Counted from the stretch's first letter, positions 11,624-19,830 are shown. The stretch: 49,302 nucleotides of DNA from an uncultured Mycobacterium sp. (GCA_964653535.1 CAZZHX010000001.1:1-49302), one strand, 5' to 3'. Notes: generated by a model from the letters alone, not told the origin. Translations and numbers: made by a program.

Positions 11624-11926
11624 TCAAGCCGCACAGTCGGTGCAGATCATCACGCCTTTCTTCTCGGACGCGAGGCGGCTGCGGTGTTGCACCAGAAAGC
11701 AACTGGAGCAGGTGAACTCGTCCGCCTGCTTCGGCACCACCCGAACGGACAGCTCTTCCCCGGAAAGATCGGCTCCCGGCAACTCGAACGACTCGGCGGT
11801 TTCGGATTCGTCGACATCGACCACGGCCGAGGCCGCCTCGTTGCGTCGTGCTTTGAGTTCCTCCAGCGAGTCCTCCGAGACGTCATCGGTCTCGGTACGC
11901 CGTGGAGCGTCGTAGTCGGTAGGCAT
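11624..11926 (-). CDS. DUF4193 small acidic CxxC-x18-CxxC protein (Rv2699c-like)
   Basis: MPTDYDAPRR...FELPGADLS...EFTCSSCFLVQHRSRL...CTDC. Confidence 0.9.
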   Translation of the reverse strand: MPTDYDAPRRTETDDVSEDSLEELKARRNEAASAVVDVDESETAESFELPGADLSGEELSVRVVPKQADEFTCSSCFLVQHRSRLASEKKGVMICTDCAA

Positions 11927-12047
11927 ATCTGTTCCCTGTCTATCCCTTGCCCTGGCCCCTCGCATGCCTCTTGTCCCAAGCATCGCTTTGTACCAGCGTC
12001 GAGCGCATCCGCCAAACGATTCGTGCCCGGATCACCAATGGTTAATC

Positions 12048-12063
12048 TGTGATTTACATCACA
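12048..12063. promoter_or_regulatory. CRP (Rv3676/GlxR-type) binding site
   Basis: TGTGA-TTTACA-TCACA, a perfect TGTGA-N6-TCACA consensus between the divergent DUF4193 gene and cei. Confidence 0.85.
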
Positions 12064-12127
12064 TCTTTGCTTTGGGCCGCCCGTTTGGCGTTGACCAGTC
12101 AATTTAGCTTGCCGTTAAAGTGCATCT

Positions 12128-12778
12128 GTGGTGGCACGAATCACCGAGGGCACCGCCTTCGACAAGCAAGGCCGTCCGTTCCGGCGACGCAACCCGCGAC
12201 CCGCCGTCATCGCGCTCATCGTCATGGCGGTGGTGACGGGCGTGGTGTGGACCGTTGCGCTCACTCGCCCGACGAAGACCCGCGAAGCCGTCGCGTGCAA
12301 CCTGCCGCCGCAACAGGCCGGGTCGGGGCCCACCCAACTCGGCGAGCAGGTGTCACGGACCACGATGGCCGACGTCGCACCGGCCAAACTGGCCGATACG
12401 AAGGTCCGCGTCCTCAACGCCAGCGGCCGCGGTGGACAAGCCGCCGACGTCGCCGGCGCGATGAAGGACCTGGGTTTCGCCCAGGCGACGACCGGCAACG
12501 ACCCGATCTATGCCGGGGCCCGGCTGACCTGCCAGGGCCAGATCCGCTTCGGGACGGCCGGGCAGGCCACCGCGGCCGCCGTGTGGCTGGTGGCGCCGTG
12601 CAGCGAACTGCTCAACGACAACCGCGCGGACGACGCCGTCGACCTGGCGGTTGGGACAGAGTTCACGTCACTGGCACACGACGACGACATCGACACGGCC
12701 CTGGCGGCCCTGCGCCCGGGCGCGACGCAGGCGTCGGATCCCGCGCTGCTCAGCAGGATTCATTCCAGCAGCTGCTGA
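12128..12778 (+). CDS. cei: Cell envelope integrity protein Cei (LytR_C domain, Rv2700-like)
   Basis: VARITEGTAFDKQGRPFRRR, one TM helix, VRVLNASG LytR_C motif; TAAAGT -10 just upstream. Confidence 0.88.
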   Translation: MVARITEGTAFDKQGRPFRRRNPRPAVIALIVMAVVTGVVWTVALTRPTKTREAVACNLPPQQAGSGPTQLGEQVSRTTMADVAPAKLADTKVRVLNASGRGGQAADVAGAMKDLGFAQATTGNDPIYAGARLTCQGQIRFGTAGQATAAAVWLVAPCSELLNDNRADDAVDLAVGTEFTSLAHDDDIDTALAALRPGATQASDPALLSRIHSSSC

Positions 12779-12785
12779 ACAGCGA

Positions 12786-13661
12786 CTAGGGGATCGGCCC
12801 GAGGGCGCCGAAGCGCTCCAGCGCCGCCAGCAGTTCGTCGGCGATTCCGGGGGCGGCCGCGATCGTCAACTCGGCATCGTCCCCGTCGGGCAACACCACA
12901 CGGGCGCCGGCCTCGGCCGCGATCAGCGCGCCCGCCGCACGATCCCACGGCTGCAGGCCGTGCTCGTAGAAGGCGTCGAGCCGACCCGCGGCGACCATGC
13001 ACAGGTCGAGCGCCGCAGACCCGATCCGGCGCACGTCGCGGACCATCGGCAGCATCCGGGCCAGCAGCGCCGCCTGGATCTCACGTCGTCCGGTGGAATA
13101 ACCGAATCCTGTGCCCAGCAACGCCATTGACAGATCGTCGACGCCGGTGCACCGCAACGGGTCTGTCCGTTGCTCGTGGATCACGTGCGCGCCGAGTCCG
13201 ATCGCCGCCGAATACACGCGCCGGTTGACGACATCGGCGACGGCGCCCGCCACCGAGACGCCGTTCACCTGCGCCCCGATCGACACCGCGTACGCGGGGA
13301 TGCCGTACACGAAGTTCACGGTTCCATCGATCGGATCGAGCACCCAGGTGGTCTGCCCGGCGGTCGCCGCCCTCTGATTTCCCGTGTCGGCCGGCCCCCC
13401 ACCCTCCTCGCCGAGAATCGGGTCGCCGGGGCGCAACCGGGCCAACCGGTCCCGCATCAGGTTCTCGGTCTCAGTGTCGACCACGGTCACCGGGTCGGTG
13501 GGGGTGCTCTTCGACCGCACCGCGCCAACCCCACCGGCCGCACCGGCGCGCCCGTCATCCTCGAACACCTCGGTACGGCGGCGCCGCACGAAATCGGCGG
13601 CCTCGGTGGCTAGTGCTTCTGCCACGCGGCGCAGCGCCGCGGGCTGGTCGTCGGGTCGCAT
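12786..13661 (-). CDS. suhB: Inositol monophosphatase SuhB
   Basis: ILGEEG, WVLDPIDGTVNF, GSAALDLC, WDRAAG IMPase motifs; start estimated. Confidence 0.92.
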   Translation of the reverse strand: MRPDDQPAALRRVAEALATEAADFVRRRRTEVFEDDGRAGAAGGVGAVRSKSTPTDPVTVVDTETENLMRDRLARLRPGDPILGEEGGGPADTGNQRAATAGQTTWVLDPIDGTVNFVYGIPAYAVSIGAQVNGVSVAGAVADVVNRRVYSAAIGLGAHVIHEQRTDPLRCTGVDDLSMALLGTGFGYSTGRREIQAALLARMLPMVRDVRRIGSAALDLCMVAAGRLDAFYEHGLQPWDRAAGALIAAEAGARVVLPDGDDAELTIAAAPGIADELLAALERFGALGPIP

Positions 13662-13733
13662 CACCGCTCCATCGCAGCACAACGGTCGGGCGTTAAGGTG
13701 AGCGGATAACCCGCGTCTCGCTGAGAGGGTCCG

Positions 13734-14516
13734 ATGACCAATACCGACACGACCACGGATGCGCCCGAGCATCGCGCGTTCGGCATCGATGTGGGCGGTA
13801 GCGGCATCAAGGGCGGCATCGTCGACCTGAATACAGGCCTGCTGATCGGCGAGCGGGTCAAGCTGCTGACTCCACGGCCGGCAACGCCGTCGGCGGTCGC
13901 CAGGACCATCGCCGCAGTGGTCAACGAATTCGGGTGGACGGGTCCGCTCGGGGTGACCTACCCGGGGGTGGTGACACACGGCGTCGTCAGGACGGCGGCC
14001 AACGTGGACAAGGCGTGGATCGGGACCAACGCGCGCGACGTGATCAGCACCGAGCTGTCCGGCCAGCCTGTCACGATCCTCAATGACGCGGATGCGGCGG
14101 GGCTCGCCGAGGAGCGCTATGGCGCAGGCCAGAACAGGTCCGGACTGGTGGTGTTGCTGACGTTCGGCACGGGGATCGGCTCCGCGGTCATACATCACGG
14201 CAGGCTGATACCCAACACGGAGTTCGGCCACCTGGAGGTCGGCGGCAAAGAGGCCGAGCAATGGGCCGCGTCCTCGGTCAAGGAGAAAAACGGCTGGAGC
14301 TACCCGCGGTGGGCCCAGGAAGTGACCCGGGTGCTGGTGGCCATCGAGAACGCGATCAGCCCAGATCTGTTCATCGCCGGCGGCGGTATCAGCCGCAAGT
14401 CCGAGAAGTGGGTACCGCTGCTCGAGAACCGCACCCCGGTGGTGGCCGCCGCCCTGCAGAACAACGCCGGGATAGTGGGGGCCGCGATGGCCGCCACGCT
14501 CGATGTGACGCGCTGA
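13734..14516 (+). CDS. ppgK: Polyphosphate glucokinase (ROK family)
   Basis: FGIDVGGSGIKG, NDADAAGLAE, TFGTGIGSA, PNTEFGH; upstream of sigA. Confidence 0.95.
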   Translation: MTNTDTTTDAPEHRAFGIDVGGSGIKGGIVDLNTGLLIGERVKLLTPRPATPSAVARTIAAVVNEFGWTGPLGVTYPGVVTHGVVRTAANVDKAWIGTNARDVISTELSGQPVTILNDADAAGLAEERYGAGQNRSGLVVLLTFGTGIGSAVIHHGRLIPNTEFGHLEVGGKEAEQWAASSVKEKNGWSYPRWAQEVTRVLVAIENAISPDLFIAGGGISRKSEKWVPLLENRTPVVAAALQNNAGIVGAAMAATLDVTR

Positions 14517-14563
14517 ATTCCCGCCATTCGTGCCGCTGACGGGGTACGCGCATGAGAGATCGT

Positions 14564-14569
14564 TACAAT
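14564..14569 (+). promoter_or_regulatory. Probable -10 element of the sigA promoter
   Basis: TACAAT (TANNNT) about 190 nt upstream of the sigA start. Confidence 0.6.
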
Positions 14570-14589
14570 GTCACACGGCGGCCTCCGAA

Positions 14590-14631
14590 GGTCCACAGCG
14601 GTCCAGAGGTCCAGAGGTCCCCTAGGTTCCC
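14590..14631 (+). repeat. Imperfect 8-nt tandem repeat (GGTCCAGA-like x5) in the sigA 5' leader
   Basis: ggtccacagc-ggtccaga-ggtccaga-ggtcccta-ggttccca. Confidence 0.7.
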
Positions 14632-14758
14632 AACAACCGCCCATCCACACTGCGTGCGACTACTCCCGCGCGTACCAACGCCGACATCGACTTAGCAGAC
14701 ACTTTCGGGTTCTCCGTGCCCAGACCCCCCGAAGGTGAGTCCCAACAAGGGGGTTTAC

Positions 14759-16723
14759 GTGGCAGCGACCAAGGTGAAACCGGCTACCAAGCAGCCGCCC
14801 AAACGCGTCGCCCCCAAGGCGCCGTCGTCCCAGCGACCGGCAGCCGCATCCCCGAAGGCCGCCCACGGAGCTCCTGCTAAACGCGCCGCCAAGGCAGCGC
14901 CGCGGGCCACCAAGACTGCACCGCGGGCCACCAAGACTGCTCTACCACCGAGGACCGCCGTCAAAGCCGTCAAAGCCGTGAAGGCCGTCGGGAAAGCCGT
15001 CGGGAAGGCCGTCGGAAAAACCACCGCGAAAGGCCCCGTGAAAAGTGTAGCCGCGAAGAGAGCTGGCCCTTCGGCCACTGCGGCGAAGGCCACCGTAGCG
15101 AAAAAAGTCACCGCAAGGGGAACGGCGGCAAAAAAGACCGTTGCGAAAAAGGTCGTTGCGAAAAAGGTCGTTGCGGCCAAGACCGTTGCGAAAAAGACCG
15201 TAGCGGCCAAGGCCGTTGCGAAAAAGACCGTAGCGGCCAAGGCCGTTGCGAAAAAGACCGTAGCGTCCAAGACCGTTGCGAAAAAGGCCGTTGCCAGGAC
15301 AGCCCCGGCGAAGACACCCCCGGCGAAGAAAAACGCTGTCAAGGCGATCCCGGCCAAAACTCCACCCGCCAAGACTCCAGCGGCCAAGACTCCACCCGCC
15401 AAGACTCCAGCGGCCAAGACTCCGTCGGCCCGCGGCGCCAAAGCCGCCGGCAAGGCCGCCCTGGCGGAGCCGAAGGTCGACCCCGACACCCTCGACTCCG
15501 CCACCGAAGTCGAGGATCTCGACATCGAGCCCGATCTCGACAGCGTGCCCGTCGAGGAAATCGACCCCGCCGAACTCCTCGAGGATCTGGAAGTGGAGGT
15601 GGTCATCCTTGACGAGGTCGTGCTCGACGCCGTCGTGGCCGCGGACGGGCCAGTTGACGCTGCCGTCCCGGCCGCCGGAGCCGCCGATGAAGAAGAGGAG
15701 ATCGCCGAGCCCAGCGAGAAGGACAAGACCTCCGGCGACTTCGTCTGGGACGAAGACGAATCCGAGGCGTTGCGCCAGGCCCGCAAGGACGCCGAACTCA
15801 CCGCCTCCGCCGACTCCGTTCGCGCCTACCTGAAGCAGATCGGCAAGGTTGCCCTACTCAACGCCGAGGAGGAGGTCGAGCTGGCCAAGCGCATCGAAGC
15901 CGGCCTCTACGCCACGCAGCTGGAGTTGGAGCGGGAACAGCGCGGCGAGAAGCTGGCCGCCGCCCAGCGCCGCGACATGGTGTGGATCTGCCGCGACGGC
16001 GACCGCGCGAAGAATCACCTCCTGGAAGCCAACCTGCGGCTCGTCGTCTCGCTGGCCAAGCGGTACACGGGCCGCGGCATGGCGTTCCTCGACCTCATCC
16101 AGGAAGGCAACCTGGGCCTGATCCGCGCGGTCGAGAAGTTCGACTACACCAAGGGCTACAAGTTCTCCACCTACGCGACATGGTGGATCCGCCAGGCCAT
16201 CACCCGCGCCATGGCCGATCAGGCCCGCACCATACGTATCCCGGTGCACATGGTCGAGGTGATCAACAAGCTGGGCCGCATCCAGCGCGAGCTGCTCCAA
16301 GACCTGGGCCGCGAACCCACGCCCGAGGAACTGGCCCGGGAAATGGACATCTCCCCCGAGAAGGTCCTCGAGATCCAGCAGTACGCCCGCGAACCGATCT
16401 CGCTCGACCAGACCATCGGCGACGAGGGCGACAGCCAACTCGGCGACTTCATCGAAGACAGCGAAGCCGTGGTCGCCGTCGACGCCGTGTCCTTCACGCT
16501 GCTGCAAGACCAGTTGCAGTCGGTGCTCGAGACGTTGTCGGAGCGCGAGGCCGGCGTGGTTCGCCTGCGCTTCGGCCTCACCGACGGCCAGCCCCGCACC
16601 CTCGACGAAATCGGGCAGGTCTACGGCGTGACGCGCGAGCGCATCCGCCAGATCGAATCCAAGACCATGTCGAAGCTGCGCCACCCCAGCCGCTCCCAGG
16701 TTTTGCGCGACTACCTGGACTGA
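14759..16723 (+). CDS. sigA: Principal RNA polymerase sigma factor SigA (654 aa, expanded N-terminus)
   Basis: [12 protein letters not shown] (1.2), [34 protein letters not shown] (2.3/2.4), TRERIRQIE (4.2). GTG start gives VAATK, like mycobacterial SigA. Confidence 0.97.
   Translation: MAATKVKPATKQPPKRVAPKAPSSQRPAAASPKAAHGAPAKRAAKAAPRATKTAPRATKTALPPRTAVKAVKAVKAVGKAVGKAVGKTTAKGPVKSVAAKRAGPSATAAKATVAKKVTARGTAAKKTVAKKVVAKKVVAAKTVAKKTVAAKAVAKKTVAAKAVAKKTVASKTVAKKAVARTAPAKTPPAKKNAVKAIPAKTPPAKTPAAKTPPAKTPAAKTPSARGAKAAGKAALAEPKVDPDTLDSATEVEDLDIEPDLDSVPVEEIDPAELLEDLEVEVVILDEVVLDAVVAADGPVDAAVPAAGAADEEEEIAEPSEKDKTSGDFVWDEDESEALRQARKDAELTASADSVRAYLKQIGKVALLNAEEEVELAKRIEAGLYATQLELEREQRGEKLAAAQRRDMVWICRDGDRAKNHLLEANLRLVVSLAKRYTGRGMAFLDLIQEGNLGLIRAVEKFDYTKGYKFSTYATWWIRQAITRAMADQARTIRIPVHMVEVINKLGRIQRELLQDLGREPTPEELAREMDISPEKVLEIQQYAREPISLDQTIGDEGDSQLGDFIEDSEAVVAVDAVSFTLLQDQLQSVLETLSEREAGVVRLRFGLTDGQPRTLDEIGQVYGVTRERIRQIESKTMSKLRHPSRSQVLRDYLD
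15128..15292 (+). repeat. In-frame 15-bp tandem repeat, 11 units encoding A-[K/A/S]-K-[T/V/A]-V
   Basis: gcg aaa aag acc gtt-type units read directly from the sequence. Confidence 0.92.
15350..15424 (+). repeat. In-frame 15-bp tandem repeat, 5 units encoding [P/A]-A-K-T-P
   Basis: Alternating ccc gcc aag act cca / gcg gcc aag act cca units. Confidence 0.88.
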
Positions 16724-16780
16724 GCGGCGCGCCGTAGCCGTCGGGGCCTTGCCACCAGCGTGGACAGCCCCCATCGTGGG

Positions 16781-17242
16781 ATGATCGACGGCGTGACCGA
16801 CGCAGGCGAGGAGCTCCCGCTGGGGTACTTGCTGCACCGGCTGGTGAACGTGCTGCGCCCGCACGTCAGCGTCGAACTGCGCGCCCTGGGGATCGGGCTT
16901 CCGGAGCTCGTGTGCCTGCGGCTACTGGAGCGGAACCCGGGCCAGTCCGGTGCGGAATTGGCCCGCAACACCAGGGTCTCGGCCCAGGCGATGAACCAGG
17001 TGCTCACCCGTCTCGAGGACCTCGGTGCGGTGACCCGGCCGCAGCCCTCGGCGGGCCGTACGCTGCCGGCCGAGCTCACCGAGCGGGGACGCACACTGCT
17101 CAAGCACGCCCAATCCGCCGCGTTGCTGGCTGATGAGCAGTTAGTGGGCGCCATCTCCGCCGCCGAGCTGCGCCACCTCAAACGGATTCTGTACAAGGCG
17201 GGCGACTGCGCCAATGACGCCGCCGCGCCCGCGCGCCGGTGA
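16781..17242 (+). CDS. MarR-family transcriptional regulator
   Basis: LGYLLHR...PGQSGAELAR...SAQAMNQVLTRLEDLGAVTR...LTERG wHTH pattern. Start is ATG 16781 or GTG 16793. GTGA overlap with the next gene. Confidence 0.88.
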   Translation: MIDGVTDAGEELPLGYLLHRLVNVLRPHVSVELRALGIGLPELVCLRLLERNPGQSGAELARNTRVSAQAMNQVLTRLEDLGAVTRPQPSAGRTLPAELTERGRTLLKHAQSAALLADEQLVGAISAAELRHLKRILYKAGDCANDAAAPARR

Positions 17243-18450
17243 CGTCGGCTGGTGAGACCACCACATGCGCCATCGCCGGTGGCGGCCCGGCCGGCATGGT
17301 GTTGGGGCTGTTGCTGGCCCGCGCGGGTATCGAGGTGAGCGTGCTGGAAAAGCATGGCGACTTCCTGCGCGACTTCCGCGGCGACACAGTGCATCCGAGC
17401 ACCATGGGCCTGCTCGACGATCTCGGTCTGGGCGCGCAGTTCGCCGCACTGCCCGCCAGCATCATCGAACGCGTGAGCCTTGACATCGCCGGGCAACCGA
17501 CGACGCTCGTCGACTTCACCCGGCTGCACACCCGCCACCCCTATGTGGCGATGGTGCCGCAGTGGGATCTGCTCAACCTGCTCGCCGAGGCCGCCGCGGC
17601 CGAGCCGACGTTCACCCTGCGGATGAACTGCGCGGCAACGGGTCTGCTGCGTGATGGCCAGAGGGTCACCGGAATCACCTACGACGGCCCCGCCGGCCCC
17701 GGCGAGTTGCGCGCCGACCTGACAGTGGCCTGCGACGGCCGCACCTCGGTCCTGCGGCAGGCGGCCGGACTGACCGCCCGCGAGTACCCGGTGCCGTTCG
17801 ACGTGTGGTGGTTCCGGCTGCCCCGGGAGTCCGGCGGGGTGTACTCGTTGATTCCGCGCACCAGCGGCGGCCGCACCGCAGTCATGATCCCGCGCGAGGG
17901 GTACTTCCAGATCGCGTACTTCATCCCCAAGGGCGCCGACGGACGCCTCCGCGCGCAGGGCCTGGCCGACTTTCGCCGTGGACTGTCCGAGGTCATCCCC
18001 GAGGTGCCGAACGATGTGCTGTCGTCGTGGGACGACGTCAAACTTCTCGATGCGCGACTCAACCGCCTGCACCGCTGGTATACCGACGGTCTGCTGTGTA
18101 TCGGTGACGCCGCCCACGCCATGTCCCCCGCCGGCGGGGTGGGGATCAACCTCGCCGTCCAGGACGCTGTCGCCGCCGCGCGACTGCTGGCCGGCCCGCT
18201 GCGCGCCCACCGCGTGCGCCCCCGCGACCTCGCCGCCGTGCAGCGCCGCCGCACCCTGCCCACGGTGGCCACCCAGAGTGCCCAGCGGGTGATGCACCGC
18301 GGAATCTTCCGGCAGGGGGGCATTGACATACGTCCACCGGCGGCGCTTCGGACCGTGGTCGAACGACTTCCCGGCCTGTCGGTGGTGCCGGCCTACTTCG
18401 TCGGGATCGGTCTGCGGCCGGAACATGCACCGGACTTCGCGCGACGCTGA
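17239..18450 (+). CDS. FAD-dependent monooxygenase/oxidoreductase (FAD_binding_3)
   Basis: AIAGGGPAG, VACDG and IGDAAHAMSPAGGVGINLAVQDA fingerprints. Confidence 0.92.
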   Translation: MTSAGETTTCAIAGGGPAGMVLGLLLARAGIEVSVLEKHGDFLRDFRGDTVHPSTMGLLDDLGLGAQFAALPASIIERVSLDIAGQPTTLVDFTRLHTRHPYVAMVPQWDLLNLLAEAAAAEPTFTLRMNCAATGLLRDGQRVTGITYDGPAGPGELRADLTVACDGRTSVLRQAAGLTAREYPVPFDVWWFRLPRESGGVYSLIPRTSGGRTAVMIPREGYFQIAYFIPKGADGRLRAQGLADFRRGLSEVIPEVPNDVLSSWDDVKLLDARLNRLHRWYTDGLLCIGDAAHAMSPAGGVGINLAVQDAVAAARLLAGPLRAHRVRPRDLAAVQRRRTLPTVATQSAQRVMHRGIFRQGGIDIRPPAALRTVVERLPGLSVVPAYFVGIGLRPEHAPDFARR

Positions 18451-18489
18451 CGCCACGCGCGGCCCCAGTGCTTGAGCGCGCGGCAACCC

Positions 18490-18538
18490 ATCAACTTGGT
18501 TGACATACTTCACGGATCTTGATATCAATGTCCTTGAT
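18490..18538. promoter_or_regulatory. Two operator-like inverted repeats (ATCAA-N5-TTGAY) overlapping a TTGACA -35
   Basis: ATCAA-CTTGG-TTGAC (18490-18504) and ATCAA-TGTCC-TTGAT (18524-18538); TTGACA at 18500-18505; AT-rich patch. Confidence 0.65.
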
Positions 18539-18582
18539 GGGGGACGCGACACGTCTGACACGTAACGACAAGGGGAACAACG

Positions 18583-19296
18583 ATGTTTGGTGGACCAGGC
18601 GGCGGCATGATGGGCGGCGGCATGATGGGCGGCCCGATGATGGGACCGGGCATGATGGGCGGCCCGATGATGGGACCGGGCATGATGGGCGGCCCGATGA
18701 TGGGCGGCGGCATGATGGGGCCCGGCATGATGGGCGGCCCGGGGCGCGGTGGGCCCTTCAAGAAGGCGGCGGTCGTCGCGGCCCTGCTACTCGACGGCCC
18801 GGCCGATGCCGCAGAGGTACTCAAGCGGATCTCCAAGGCCAGCAATGGGGCGATCAAACCACCGAAGGAACGCGCCGAGCTGGTGCTCTCCATGTTGTCG
18901 GGCCGCGGCGTGGTGACCCTCGACAACGGGGTGGCCACCTTGACTGAACTGGGTCGAAATCTGTTGGCCTTCTGGGGGATGAACGCCGACTCCGCCCGCG
19001 GAATGCTGGCCCAGGCCGAGAAATTTGCTGACGTGTTCAAGATCCGCCGCGAGCTCAAAGCGACCGCGGAACTGGCGCGCACCATCACCTGGACCGGCAC
19101 CTCCGCGCAGAAGAAGACGCTCAAAGAGGCCAAGGCCTCAATCCTGGCCGCCATCAAAGAGGCCAAGCGCTCTCTGCACGAGGCGCTGGCCGAGGATGCA
19201 CCCGAGCAGTCAACCAACGAGCCTTCTGCGGCCGCCGGTCTCGATGAGGCCGAACTGCAGGCGTTACGCGCGTTGTTGGCCAAACTGACGCAGTGA
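18583..19296 (+). CDS. Hypothetical protein: Gly/Met/Pro repeat N-terminus plus degenerate PadR-like wHTH and helical C-terminus
   Basis: SD AAGGGGA, GC3-rich codons. AALLLDGP..EVLKRISKASNGAIKP..LSGRGVV..LTELG follows the actinobacterial PadR layout; TGTSAQ..EAKRSLHEALAED resembles the PadR C-terminal helix. Confidence 0.75.
   Translation: MFGGPGGGMMGGGMMGGPMMGPGMMGGPMMGPGMMGGPMMGGGMMGPGMMGGPGRGGPFKKAAVVAALLLDGPADAAEVLKRISKASNGAIKPPKERAELVLSMLSGRGVVTLDNGVATLTELGRNLLAFWGMNADSARGMLAQAEKFADVFKIRRELKATAELARTITWTGTSAQKKTLKEAKASILAAIKEAKRSLHEALAEDAPEQSTNEPSAAAGLDEAELQALRALLAKLTQ
18598..18732 (+). repeat. In-frame 15-bp tandem repeat, 9 units encoding G-x-x-M-M
   Basis: GGGMM GGGMM GGPMM GPGMM GGPMM GPGMM GGPMM GGGMM GPGMM. 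Confidence 0.95.
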
Positions 19297-19321
19297 CCGC
19301 GCGCTACCTCGATGACCCCGC

Positions 19322-19693
19322 TTACTCAGGCTCGCACACAACCGGGAAGGTGCCATCCGGCGACGGACGGTAGGGCGTGACCCGGACCACCGCGCGGACC
19401 GGCAATGGACCGTACAAGTGCGGGAACAGCATCGACTCGGGGTCCGTCGGCACCCCCGGCTCCCAACGCACGGGTGAATCCAGCAGCGCCGGGTCGACGT
19501 GCAGCAGGACGAGGTCGGTGCGACCCCCGTAGAGCCGGTTGGCCGGCAGGTGCACCTGCGCCGGCGTGGACAAGTGGACGAACCGCGCGCCGAGCGGCGG
19601 GCCGGATTCGCCCGTGGGGTCGATCGCCCCGCGAGCGCGGGCCTGGGCCCATTCCTGGGCGCCGCACAAGTGAACGAGCACCGCAGAGGTCAC
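19322..19693 (-). CDS. DUF952 protein (Rv2705c-like)
   Basis: LVHLC...W, FVHLST, ANRLY, LVLL, VRWE, FPHLYGPL. Confidence 0.88.
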   Translation of the reverse strand: MTSAVLVHLCGAQEWAQARARGAIDPTGESGPPLGARFVHLSTPAQVHLPANRLYGGRTDLVLLHVDPALLDSPVRWEPGVPTDPESMLFPHLYGPLPVRAVVRVTPYRPSPDGTFPVVCEPE

Positions 19694-19768
19694 AGTCGGC
19701 CACCCTAAACGGCCAGCTGAGCGGGAACCAAACACCCGGTGAGAAACGACACACCCCACAACAGTTCG

Positions 19769-19795
19769 GGAACAAGACGAAACCCCCCGAACGTC
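19769..19795 (+). promoter_or_regulatory. Possible SigH/SigE-type promoter
   Basis: GGAAC-N18-CGTC, one mismatch and one extra spacer nt relative to GGAAC-N17-CGTT, 35 nt upstream of a small ORF. Confidence 0.45.
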
Positions 19796-19830
19796 ATGAG
19801 AGAGTGAAGACACGCGAGAACGGAGAGGTC

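Noticed and set aside
15128-15424. Regular repeats as a CRISPR array (also 18598-18732 and 33811-33900)
   Set aside because: Head-to-tail in-frame coding repeats with no unique spacers and no cas genes.
14755-15801. 348-aa antisense ORF with ATVFF repeats opposite sigA
   Set aside because: Mirror of the Lys/Ala repeat; no SD or family features.
18525-19283. Antisense ORF with PPIMPG repeats, and + strand 18519-18947 ORF with HDGR repeats
   Set aside because: Alternative readings of the same repeat; the 18583 frame has an SD, GC3 bias and a recognisable domain.
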